This document shows positions 61,201 to 64,000 of a stretch of 64,000 bases of DNA, one piece after another. Where the stretch lies: positions 292,275 through 356,274 of the forward strand of contig CAYPEN010000001.1 in assembly GCA_964409875.1 (NCBI GenBank), given 5' to 3'. The notes beneath the pieces were generated by a model, which saw only the letters and a program-made list of their open reading frames with translations, was not told the DNA's origin and searched no databases. The position numbers and the translations under genes were made by a program. Each line of letters starts with the position of its first letter. Positions within the stretch are counted from its first letter, which is position 1. Origin of the DNA: an uncultured Gammaproteobacteria bacterium (GTDB lineage Bacteria; Patescibacteriota; Microgenomatia; Levybacterales; GWA1-39-11).

Positions 61201-64000
61201 CTCAACGGGTCTTATCACTGCAAACGGTGGGTTGACCGTTGCCTCAGGCCAGACTTTGACCGCAAATGGCTCTGTTGCACTAGACCCCAACGGCGCAAAT
61301 GACATTGCTATCACAACTGATTTTTCTGCAGGTTCTTACCTTAATATCACCGGCCTTGACACCCAAACCGGTAACACACTTTGTATTGATGGGTCAAATA
61401 ATGTCGTGAAATGTTCTGCCGCCTCAATCACCTTACAAACTGCATACAACGGTGGCAACACAATCAATACTTCGGATAATAGAGATATATCATTCAACCT
61501 AACCGACACTACAACCGATAGTAACTTTAACGTTACAACAGCAACCAATTCAACAGGTTACAGCGCGTTCACCAGGGCTGACGGCGCGGGAACTGCGGAC
61601 CCAACACAGTTAGTTCTTATCAAGAATCTTGACACCAACCGTGCACTCCCAATTGGCCTTAAGATTGCTGGGGTCAGCGGAGGAAATGTCACAACTGCAT
61701 TGGATTTGTCGGATAGCAATATCACAACAGCAATTTCACTGGGAGCCAACAATGTGTCGGGTACCAATTTCTCAATAACGGGTAGCACAGGCAACATTAC
61801 AACTTCAGGAGATATTGCAGTTAATGGTGGGGACATAACTACAACAAACGCGACAGCTACCCTATTCAACACGAATGCTACCGACCTTTCTATTGGTGGC
61901 GCAGCAACAACTCTTACCCTTGGCGCATCAACAGGAACCGCAACGGTAAATAATCTCACCGTTAACTTTGCAAATGCAACAGCATTCGACGCGTTGTCTG
62001 CCTTGGCACGTGTCTCTTCACTTCAGGTGGGCGGAGGATACAGCTCCACGGGTGTAACCGTATCCTCCGCCGGGGACATTCAAGCCAACGGCAACCTCAC
62101 CATTGATGGCACGTCGCAATTAACCGGCAACGTAACAACATCGGGCACTATCAATGCCAATGGAGGAACCATCGCAACAACCCAAACAACAGGTAACCTT
62201 TTCAACACGAACGCTACCACGCTTAATATCGGTGGCGCAGCAACCACGGTAAGTCTTGGCGCCTCAACCGGGACGAGTACTATCAATAACAATTTGTTGG
62301 TTTCGGGAACTTCAACGTTCAATGGTGATGTGCTCATTTCAAATGACCGTTTCTTCAACGCATCAGGAAGCGCGATATTTACACCTGAAGGCACCAATGG
62401 CGTAACAGTCAACACAGACTCCGATTCGTTCTTAACCCTTACTGGTCTTACAACTCCCGGTGTTGCCGGAACAGCTCTCTGTATTGATGCTTCAAACAAT
62501 GTCACCAAGTGTTCTGCCAACACCATAACTCTTCAGTCCGCATACAATGGCGGCAATACAATTACCACTTCAAACGGACGTGATATAGCACTCACCTTAA
62601 CAAATGCCAATCTTTCAGCGACCACTTCTGCTGGCTCTAACGGATTTACTCAGTTTGCCCTTGCCAATGGTACTAACACCAATCCTGCAAACCAGCTCGT
62701 TTTAGTTGAGAACTTAGACACAAACGAAGCGCTTACAACAGGTATTAAGGTGCAATCCGCAGCAGGTGGCATCACAAATGGCATCGACCTCTCTGATCCG
62801 GAGATTGTAAACGCTCTTGCGTTAGGTGCGAATGACGTTGTTGCAACAAACTTCTCTATTGCAGGTGCAACAGGCAACATTACGACGGCAGGCGACATAG
62901 CGCTTAATGGTGGAGATCTTACGACAACATCAACTACTGCTACACTTTTCAACACAAATGTAACGGACCTTTCCATTGGGAGCGCAGCCACAACACTAAC
63001 GCTTGGCGCATCAACAGGTACAGCGACAATAGCAAATGCTACTGTTGATTTCTCAAATGCAACGGCATTTAACGCGCTTTCTGCTTTGGCAAAAGTTGAC
63101 TCACTTCAGGTTGGTGGCGGATATGGCTCAACGGGGGCAACCATTTCAAACACCGGCAATATTCAGGCAAATGGAACACTTACCGTTGATGGAACCTCTA
63201 CCCTTACGGGAGATGTGACCACCAGTGGAGATCTAGCAGTAAATGGTGCATCATCGGCTGACATTACAACGACAACCGCAACTGCTACTCTCTTTAACAC
63301 AAACGCTACAACCCTTAACATAGGCGGTGCTGCCACTACTGTTTCGCTTGGCGCTGGAACTGGAACAACTACGGTAAATAACAACCTATCAATTACAGGG
63401 ACGGAAACGAGTACCGGTCTTGCGACATTCAATGGGGGTGCAACGGTTGCAACCGCTCAGACGTTTACGGCAGGTGGTCAGTCGACATTCTCGCCTGACA
63501 ATACGAATGGTGTTACTATCAACACTGACGCTGATTCTTTCCTGACTATTGCTGGGCTTCAAACCGCCACCGCAAGCACGCTTTGTATTGACGGTTCAAA
63601 CCATGTAGTTAAATGTTCAGCCGCATCAACGACCTTGCAGTCTGCTTATAACGGGGGCAATACAATTTTGACGTCAGATGCGAGGGATATTGCCTTTACA
63701 CTTTCCGATACCACAACAGACAGTAACTTTGCTGTAACAACTGCAACAGGCTCGACCGGATACTCGGCATTTACTCGAGCAGATGGGGGTGGCGCTGCCG
63801 ACCCAACCCAACTTGTTCTCATTCAAAACCTTGATACCAATAGAGCTCTTCCAATAGGTCTTAAGATTGCTGGCGTTTCAGGTGGAAATGTAACCACAGC
63901 ATTGGATTTGTCAGACAGCAATATTACAACTGCAATTGCACTAGGCGCAAACAACATATCAGCAACTCATTTCACACTTACCGGCAGCAACGGCAATATT
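34133..64000 (+). CDS. Giant repetitive membrane-anchored surface protein, 3'-partial. At least 9,956 codons lie in the window and the ORF continues past the right edge.
   Basis: Translating from the ATG at 34133 (frame 2) gives no stop through 64000. No plus-strand ORF in this frame appears in the track, consistent with an ORF that never terminates inside the window. Coding periodicity and the repeat structure fit this frame only. The ectodomain composition is dominated by T, G, N, A, S and L. Confidence 0.85.
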   Translation, partial: MKLLTLKQAARMLGVSLETLQYLANRYGLSPVVNDRGEFYYEEDKLRALLETAESTYRKFTQNKATIGQKKSFFQNHENSEASTGSPAAPLKGETKWELFVKFTYLRPGKRAIVLGVITLALIFSLGYAQVSLLKLKAQKANNAFNALEDTSSKVLGAATSKLKLTGNILFSLPLVSKENVAIGKELQVTGKSFFKDDITAPNVVYGITAGGGITISGDAQNPVISAVQGGVTSLQGTTGDVTLKAGTDISISGLTISDASTLSTVVSRGDCTGCITDAAVVNTLTIDSGGQVAAGAIKGTLTTSVGGTGLSTYATGDLIYASSTDTLDSLPIGAAGQFLTVSNGLPAWAFVSSFAVANVKENNVIISSQTNTLNFANSDFDLTESPAGQVNIQLAPTPPSITGVVSNFSVGGTAITFSTSGSITSAGANALTLDTGTTGTLNLGTSNNAKTVNIATGNAGNTVNIATDNTVADTINIGSALDTNNLNSGLVYVPNGRVGIKALPNDVDADTNPFALEVAGSIGPNADGVYDLGSPSLRYRNLYITGATTSNGDITIANNSPKIYFIDTDVGQNQYLVNVDTSQFTLKNNTTGATALFVDSNGDVSLAGGSASTGCTIADATGNLVCAGSITTSNTSGTVGFFSRNNGTSTISPATSGDNISTSGNILTTGTGTITSAGLLTASNGLTVTAGGINVNSTGITNAGDILGAGAISASAALTFTGTGTNITTVSNADLTIGANGSGQLVISSNVLLGTLPGAGVSATTLCRDNTTHQITQCPANASNVSLQDAYNAGNTINTSDNRDIAFTLTDTATDSKFMLTNQGTATAFTINDTNAAVNTLLSIQSNGTPTLTIDENGVVSTSGNIATTGTGTITSAGLLTASNGLTVSAGGISANGGINNNNGGITNAGDLLGAGAISASAALTFTGTGPNITTVSDADLTIAPNGSGQIILSNNVLLGTLPGAGVSATTLCRDNTSHLLTQCPANAANVSLQDAYNAGNTINTSDNRDIAFTLTDTATDSKFTLTNQGTATAFTINDTNGAVNTLLSVQSGGTPTLTINENGVLSTSGSISTTGTGSITSATTLTAQGTTNQLVLGNGNTTTINSLAPASARIATIPGLTINDTFLFATESALVSNKTFRDNSTNFQDELDNTKQFSFDASLISTGVTRKIQIPDYDGTVCLTTGNCAGSGGVVGGNGTLNHLVKFTITGSTIGDANLTDNGTVVNVLSGLNVGDQTGSDTLSVLRLLDATGGSQIQNSNLLTLQGAYWTGAVSQSVGFSLQNVVTATTPTYKLSFQNDGGSEVASIANNGNVALTGTVTGATGLTSSGTITFSGLTNNGPVYTTAGGVLNSETLLSPVRGGTGVDSSSAANGAILIGNGTGFTLATITGTANQVNVANAAGSITLSTPQDIATSSTPTFVSLTLSNATNQLVLGTGNTTTITSPAPGASRVATIPTLAGNDTFVFESQTQTLTNKTIGSTGLVFSGAATDITTVSNEDLTLSADGLGEIVLSNVTKIPNLSGTVGATVVCRNASNEFSICSSNALNVTLQQAYNAGNTILASDSEGNIDFTLADLSSRALTVTNAGSASSALVINDTNASVQNALEVQSSGSATLTINENGNISTVGNISTTGTGTITSAGLLTASNGLTVTAGAVNIAGSSGVINLTGLTALTIDAGVNNLLFTGGNFSTTATGINGTAIGATTPSTGNFTNLTTTSNASFSGNLTLAGAPRSIQTTENNTLTIGGDTTGNIVLAPLNGTGILTVNGNTVNVGSFDVNGVSTFNNNITQSGAFTFSTGTGAVSLNGNTSVTGTNTFTVAGGATSLGSTLDVTGITTLKNDVFVTSDRFFNASGSAIFTPSGTNSVVFNTNSNAKVQFNGLQTVNGNSLCVDGSNYLVVCNGAPFGLQAAYNTGNTINTSDARDIAFTLSDTATDSKFILTNEGTATAFTINDTNAATNTLLDIQSGGVSKLTINENGVLTTSGNISTTGTGTIASAGLLTASNGLTLTTGALNLTATSGSLSLSGLSASSLNFGANDLTITANNFNTTATGINGTAIGATTPSTGNFTTLTTTGNASFSGNLTLAGAPRSIQTTEFNTLTIGGNTTGNITLSPQNGLGVFTINGSTVISGANTLTVGTGATTLGGTLDVAGIATFTNNISQTGATTFSTGTGNVSLNGNTSVTGTNTFTVGTGLTTLGGNFLAQGTASISGGLTLFGTPSIQSTADQTLTIGGDTTGNIILTPLNGIGIVTVNGNVVDTGTFTVNGVSTFNNNISQTGASTFSTGTGNVSLNGATSVTGTNTFTVGTGATTLGGTLDVTGVATFNNDVSQTGAHTFSTGTGAISLNGATTVAANTAFLVSAGSGSVDFKNTSGITIGEDIAGGTNNTPGTIKLWSQGDNAYSTTITTATQTQNITFTLPPDDGIANYVLVTDGNGVLSWQSTSGIGAGTITAVGNVTSGTAFTGSDSSSNKGNILIFEGSTTVDDANDITVTAVNPVSSITYTLPDIGTNGTFAFLEGTQTFTGAKTFSDLTISDTNIPFTGGDTTFDITGAATRTLSLVNSTVGQVANLELTDGDLLTAGTSRLTNAGALQNITGYTQTSGNFSIAGAGTFSTGTGSISLNGNTSVTGTNAFTVGTGLTTLGGDLLTNGTASVSGALTLFTTPTIQATDLQALTLGSATTGQLNLFNNTYVLGTSNFTVGTGATTLGGTLDVAGVATFTNNISQTGVTTFSTGTGNVSLNGNTSVTGTNTFTVAGGATSLGSTLDVTGITTLKNDVFITSDRFFNASGSAVFTPSSDNDVVFNTDNNSTVIFNGLQTAAGSKICIDGSNNLVLCASQGGTLQQAYNEGNTINTSDARDIAFTLSDTATDSKFILTNEGTATAFTINDTNAATNTLLDIQSGGVSKLTINENGVLTTSGNISTTGTGTITSAGLLTASNGFTVTTGAVNITGTSGALNLTGLTAATIDAGVNNILITSANFNTTATGINGTAIGATTPSTGNFTTLTTTGNASVSGNLTLAGAPRSIQTTEFNTLTIGGNTTGNIVLSPQNGLGLFTINGNTVVSGTNTLTVGTGATTLGGTLDVAGVSTFTNNITQTGASTFSTGTGAVSLNGNTSVTGTNTFTVGTGATTLGGTLDVAGVATFTNNISQTGATTFSTGTGVVSLNGNTSVTGANTFTVGTGLTTLGGNLIANGSASISGALTLFGIPTIQTTDFQNLTLGGGQTGGIVLNSGTVVNGGNTFTVGTGATTLGGTLNVAGVATFTNNISQTGATTFSTGTGVVSLNGNTSVTGTNTFMVAGGATSLGSTLDVTGITTLKNDVFVTSDRFFNASGSAIFTPSGTNSVVFNTNSNAKVQFNGLQTVNGNSLCVDGSNYLVVCNGAPFGLQAAYNTGNTINTSDARDIAFTLSDTATDSKFILTNEGTATAFTINDTNAAVNTLLSIQSNGTPTLTIDESGALSTSGSITTTGTGTITSAGLLTASNGLTLTTGALSLTATSGSLNLTGLSSSTLDFGANDLTITANNFNTTATGINGTAIGATTPSTGNFTSLTTTGNASFSGNLTLAGAPRSIQTTEFNTLTLGGDTTGNITLSPQNGLGVFTINGSTVISGTNTFTSGTGAVTLNGATSITGTNTLTVGTGATTLGGTLDVAGVATFTNNISQTGATTFSTGTGNVSLNGNTSVTGTNTFTVGTGLTTLGGDLIANGTASISGGLTLFSIPIIGTTDLQALTLGTGTTGQINLATNTYVLGTSTFSVGTGATTLGGTLDVAGVATFTNNISQTGATTFSTGTGNVSLNGATTVTGTNAFSVNGGPTTLGSTLDVTGITTLKNDVFVTSDRFFNASGSAIFTPSTNNNVVFNTSATERVQFNGLQTVNGNSLCVDGSNYLVVCNGAPFGLQAAYNTGNTINTSDARDIAFTLSDTVTDSKFILTNEGTATAFTINDTNAATNTLFDIQSGGVSKLTINENGALSTSGNILTTGTGTITSAGLLTASNGLTVTTGAVNITGTSGALNLSGLGASLIDAGTNNLLVTSGAFTVDATGINTTAIGVTTPKQATFTTLSSLSDTSIATGAGAILNAGNTTGAVTINGSNVTINANGTGNGIAFGLPVDSPNAFSVSESTNGYINVDTSTGAENVSFGNTNTNPTFQFQGTGATTFGGDVAVNGGVLSTTAVSASLFNTNATTLNIGGAATTVTLGANTGTTTVNNALAVTDSVTVTPNNATGIALNPFGVAAGNTAEAQFYELAANGSEYTGFKAPDSLAATVVYTLPSAAAGAADYVLTYQNGGLLEWKSANLLAGDITAVGDVLTGDAFTGTDAGNNLYFQGATVDSFSIDLQGADATQNETIVLPANSGTVTLLQPRFAQTATGTQPLLFLNEAGASTPNLIQLQVASNDVFTVDNSGNVAIAGATVSSTGSTVNLFNTVTSTLNIGGAATTVSLGAGTGTTTVNNALTSTGLITANGGLTVANGQTLTVDGIANIGDGGDAVALNGTTITLTANGAGNDITANLVDNNTDALDIQQGTNNYLNIDTTDGSENITFGNATTNPTFTFLGTGLTTHGGSIAVNGGDITTTAGTANIFNANATTVNIAGAATALSLGASTGTTSINNNAVVTGDLAVNGASSADITSTTATATVFNSGVTNLSIGNAATTLSIGASSGTTTVNNALTITGATTANGTFTANNQVTLQPSGTNGVTIVTDGNSFLTIPGLTTPVASNSTLCIDASDNVVKCPPSASTLQSAYNGGNTIFTSDGRDVAFTLTDTTTDSKFTIHTATGSTAGTEFVREDGAGTADPTQLVLIDNADIDRILPIGIKITSSGTSGVTTALDVSDPTIVTAIALGANDVTGTNFSVTGSNGNITSAGDIAVNGGDVTTTNATATLFNSNATSLSIGGAATTLTLGANNAGTATIANATVTLSNATAFNALAALAKVDSLEVGGAYGSTGVTISNAGDVQANGALTIDGTSTLTGDITSSGDLALNGSDITTTSNGTATLFNTNATTLNIGGAATTISLGAGSGTTTVNNSLSVVNDLTTTGNVTFTPTAASNESITFNTSSTEKLFVTGLPTATGTLVCIDGVTSQITKCAADAISLQSAYNGGNTIATSNARDIAFTLSDTATDSNFTVTTADGSTSYSAFTRANGTGTSDPTQLILVNNLDTNRPVPTGIKISSTGGGGITTGLDVSDATITTGIALGASSISGTNFSVAGGTGNITSAGDIAVNGADITTTSTGTATVFNTNATTLNIGGAATAYTLGATTATGNIRGTTINFPNATAFDALSALARFDSIQAGGGYGSTGVTISNTGNIQANGTLTVDSTSTLTGAVTASNGITVSGVASADLISSKTTANLFNTTATTLNIGGAATTISLGAALGTTTANGSLSVVDDLTTTGNVTFTPTASSNESITFNTSSTEKFFVTGLPTATGTLVCVNDSDGQITKCASDAISLQSAYVGGNTITTSNARDIAFTLSDTATDSNFTVTTADGSTSYSAFTRANGTGTADPAQLVLIDNADTDRILPIGLKISSSGGGGITTALDLSDASIVTAIALGANDITGTNFSVNGTNGNITSAGDIAVNGSDITTTSNAAASVFNTNALTLNIGGAATTYTLGATTATGNIRGTTINFPNATTINAGSAALTIDNAIIGGGYGSTGVTISNAGDIQGNGNLTIDGTSTLTGNITSSGDLALNGGDLTTTAATATLFNTNATNLSIGGAATTVSLGASGGTTTINGSLTVNENLTSTGNVTFTPPASSGNSITLNTSSTENLFITGLPTATGTLVCVDNSTGQITKCAPDAISLQSAYNGGNTIQTSDNRNIAFTLTDTATDSKFTVGVAAGSTGDIEFTRNAGSGTADPTQLVLIKNNQTRALPIGLKIAGVASGAITTALDLSDSNITTAIALGANSISGTHFTLTGSNGNIATDGNIAVNGGNITTTTSSVSIFDTNATTLTLGNAATSLTIGATTGTATIRNQTISFPNATALDALSALTRVDSLQVGGAYGSTGVTISNIGDIQANGALTIDGTSTLTGNVTVGGDVAVNGGDLTTTQLSATLFNTNATTLNIGGAATTVSLGAGTGTTTVNNALTVSGATTANAGFTANGASTFTPGVGNSVTINTDSTNTSYLTVTGLGTAAGTVVCIDGSNNIVKCNAATTSLQAAYNSGNTILTSNARDIAFTLTNTASDSNFVVTTATDSTGGTQFIRADGAGTNDPNQLVLIDNADADRILPTALKITSSGGSGVTTALDVSDASIVTAIALGANDITGTNFSVNGTNGNITSAGDIAVNGSDITTTSTGTATVFNSNALTLNIGGAATSYTIGATTATGNIRGTTINLPNATTFAASLAAASFDSLTIGGGYGSTGVTVSNAGDIQANGNLTIDGTSTLTGNITSSGDLALNGGDLTTTASTATLFNANATTIRLGEGATAISVGGPNSTVSLHNDLRVNGVATFDGGATVSANRSFTANGPVTVNQNNGSDIVFNLDYTAGSYLTLAGLETPGVAGAALCLDGSNQVTKCGGATFSLQSAYNGGNTINTSDNRDIAFTLSDTSTDSNFTVTTAADSTGYSAFTRANGGSGTNPSQLVLIQNLDTSNALPIGLKIAGVSGGNVTTALDLSDANITTAIALGVNNVSGTHLTITGSTGDITTDGDIAVNGGDITTTSGTATLFNTGATNLSVGGAATTLTLGATTGTASIRNTTVSLPNATAFDALSALARVDSLQVGGGYGSTGVTISNTGNIQANGTLTIDGTSTLTGNVTAAANVAVNGGSLTTTAATGNLFNANATTVNIAGGASAVNIGGTGTTTINNNLAVTGTSTFTGTATANGDFVANANSTFSPTGTDTVTINTTGTALLKITGLQTAAGDLLCIDSGTNQVEKCAATSISLQGAYNGGNTINTSNNRDIAFTLSDTATDSNFTVTTATGSTGYSAFTRQDGVGAADPTQLVLIQNLDTNRALPIGLKIAGVSGGNVTTALDLSDTFITTAIALGTNNVSGTNFSINGSSGNITTSGDVAVNGGNLTTTQATANLFNANATTLNIGGDGTNITIGAAIGTTTINNATVSFANATAFNALSALAKVDSLQVGGGYGSTGVTISNTGNIQANGTLTVDDTSTLTGDTTVGGTLGVTGATTLSSTLAVTGDTTLTGDLAVNGGDLTTTAATFNLLNANATTVNFAGAATSLTLGATTGTASIRNLTVSLPNATAFDALSALARVDSLQVGGGYGSTGVTISNTGNIQANGTLTVDGISTLTGNVTAASDVAVNGGDLTTTNASATLFNTNATTLNIGGAATTVTLGAGGGLTTLNNNLTVNLTDNNADALDIQEGSNNYININTTDSSENISFGNVTTNPTYSFLGNGAATFDGNINANSGTIATSQTTGNLFNTTATTLNIGGAATALTLGASTGTATINNATVVAPNSKFGIGTATPISALFVTRPLTLGATGKALTILNQIENQDIFTASSSGTTRFTIANNGDVTANGNITTTGNVAVNGGSLTTSQATANLFNTNATTLNIGGAATTVSLGAGTGTTTVNNNLAITGTTTATGLATFNGGATIATGQTLTANGASTFSPDSTNDVTFNTDADSTVKFNGLQTVNGNSLCLDGSNNLVICNGAPFGLQAAYNTGNTINTSDNRDISFTLSDTATDSNFTVTTATGSTGYSAFTRQDGVGAADPTQLVLIQNNDTDRALPIGLKIAGVSGGNVTTALDLSDTNITTAIALGTNNVSGTNFSITGSTGAITTSGNVAVNGGTLSTTNATGNLFNTGATTLNIGGAATTYTLGATTATGNIRGTTINFPNATSISAGSAALTIDSLSVGGGYGSTGVSISNTGDIQANGNLTVDGTSTLTGDVTAGGDLAVNGATSADITTTTTTATLFNTNATTLNIGGAATTVSLGAGSGTTTVNNALTATGLITANGGATIATGQTLTAQGQSTFSPNSTNGVTINTDADSFLTITGLSTATANTLCIDGSNHVVKCSASSITLQSAYNGGNTIDTSDARDIAFNLSDTATDSNFTVTTANGSTGTSIFALQDGVSATAPDQLVLIDNQDTDLTLPAGIKVTSSGGGAITTALDLSASAIVNALSLGANDVTATNFSFTGSNGNFSTNGTITATGNVNANSGTLATTNATGNLFNTNATTLNIGGAATTYTLGATTATGNIRGTSINFPNATALDALSALARVDSLQVGGGYGSTGLTISNTGNISANGTLTIDSTSTLTGDVTAAANVAVNGGTLSTTNATGNLFNTNATTLNIGGAATTVSLGAGTGTTTVNNDLAITGTTTSTGLVTANGGLTVATGQTLTANGASTFSPDSTNDVTFNTDADSTVKFVGLQTTSGTALCLDGSSNLVYCTGAPFGLQAAYNTGNTINTSDARDIAFTLSNTTTDSNFTVTTATGSTGYSAFTRANGAGTADPTQLVLIQNNDTDRALPIGLKIAGVSGGVVATAIDLSDSNITTALSLGAADVTATNYSITGATGNITTTGDIAVNGGDLTTTNASATLFNTNATTLNIGGAATTLTLGASTGTATIANGTVTLSNATAFDALTALARVDSLQVGGGYGSTGVTISNAGAIQANGNLTIDGTSQLTGNVTTSGDLAVNGAGSADITTTTTTATLFNANATTLNIGGAATNVTLGAGGGLTTLNNNLTVNLTDNNTDALDIQEGSNNYININTTDSSENISFGNVTTNPTYNFLGTGLTTLGGNLAVNGGSVTTTQATANLFNTNATTLNVGGAATVLTLGASTGTATINNANVSLPNAKLGVGTAAPISALYVTRPLSLAVTGKSLAILDQLENQDIFTASASGVTRFTIANNGDVTANGNITASGNVAVNGGTLSTTQTTANLFNTNATTLNIGGAATALNLGASTGTATVNNLTVNFANATAFDALSALARVSSLQVGGGYGSTGVTVSSAGDIQANGALTVDGVSTLTGDVTAGGDLAVNGATSADITTTTTTATLFNTNATTLNIGGAATTLSLGAGSGTTTVNNNVSVSGTTTSTGLITANGGLTVASGQTLTANGSVALDPNGANDIAITTDFSAGSYLNITGLDTQTGNTLCIDGSNNVVKCSAASITLQTAYNGGNTINTSDNRDISFNLTDTTTDSNFNVTTATNSTGYSAFTRADGAGTADPTQLVLIKNLDTNRALPIGLKIAGVSGGNVTTALDLSDSNITTAISLGANNVSGTNFSITGSTGNITTSGDIAVNGGDITTTNATATLFNTNATDLSIGGAATTLTLGASTGTATVNNLTVNFANATAFDALSALARVSSLQVGGGYSSTGVTVSSAGDIQANGNLTIDGTSQLTGNVTTSGTINANGGTIATTQTTGNLFNTNATTLNIGGAATTVSLGASTGTSTINNNLLVSGTSTFNGDVLISNDRFFNASGSAIFTPEGTNGVTVNTDSDSFLTLTGLTTPGVAGTALCIDASNNVTKCSANTITLQSAYNGGNTITTSNGRDIALTLTNANLSATTSAGSNGFTQFALANGTNTNPANQLVLVENLDTNEALTTGIKVQSAAGGITNGIDLSDPEIVNALALGANDVVATNFSIAGATGNITTAGDIALNGGDLTTTSTTATLFNTNVTDLSIGSAATTLTLGASTGTATIANATVDFSNATAFNALSALAKVDSLQVGGGYGSTGATISNTGNIQANGTLTVDGTSTLTGDVTTSGDLAVNGASSADITTTTATATLFNTNATTLNIGGAATTVSLGAGTGTTTVNNNLSITGTETSTGLATFNGGATVATAQTFTAGGQSTFSPDNTNGVTINTDADSFLTIAGLQTATASTLCIDGSNHVVKCSAASTTLQSAYNGGNTILTSDARDIAFTLSDTTTDSNFAVTTATGSTGYSAFTRADGGGAADPTQLVLIQNLDTNRALPIGLKIAGVSGGNVTTALDLSDSNITTAIALGANNISATHFTLTGSNGNI
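34466..34534 (+). other. Single predicted transmembrane anchor of the giant protein (aa ~112 to 134)
   Basis: AIVLGVITLALIFSLGYAQVSLL is preceded by RPGKR (positive-inside), so the large C-terminal part is predicted to be outside the cell. Confidence 0.6.
39648..40014 (+). repeat. 367-nt intragenic exact repeat, copy 1. Copy 2 is at 44091..44457, 4,443 nt downstream.
   Basis: Compared base by base across all six sequence lines; no mismatch seen. It covers the LCVDGSNYLVVC...TINTSDARDIAFTLSDTATDSKFILTNEGTATAFTINDTNA module. Confidence 0.85.
50784..50916 (+). repeat. 133-nt intragenic exact repeat. Copy 2 is at 52917..53049.
   Basis: Identical on inspection (SDASIVTAIALGANDITGTNFSVNGTNGNITSAGDIAVNGSDIT). 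Confidence 0.8.
54902..55002 (+). repeat. 101-nt intragenic exact repeat. Copy 2 is at 57110..57210, and the flanks are also highly similar.
   Basis: Identical on inspection. The same antisense pseudo-ORF peptide SLCQILQLTVTSLSLPQQAQQVTAHLPGKMALVLQ is reported twice in the ORF track (54891..55127 and 56997..57230). Confidence 0.8.
60801..60965 (+). repeat. About 165-nt near-identical intragenic repeat (about 4 mismatches). Copy 2 is at 61926..62090.
   Basis: By inspection: ...LTVNFANATAFDALSALARVSSLQVGGGY[GS]STGVTVSSAGDIQANG. Confidence 0.75.

Noticed and set aside
34816-63432. Dozens of minus-strand ORFs of 60 to 395 aa, rich in V, A, P, L and T, tiled across the giant gene region
   Set aside because: They are antisense to the uninterrupted plus-strand frame. 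The coding strand is dominated by ACN, GGN, GCN and AAY codons, so its reverse complement is depleted in stop codons. Several of these pseudo-ORFs are themselves duplicated exactly because the underlying sense DNA is repeated. They have no starts with plausible spacing and no coherent domain content.
34133-64000. The possibility that the region is a diversity-generating retroelement (DGR) target or a CRISPR array
   Set aside because: Repeat pairs are either perfectly identical or differ at mixed positions, not adenine-specific ones. There is no reverse-transcriptase gene in the window. The periodicity is in-frame and protein-coding, not repeat-spacer.
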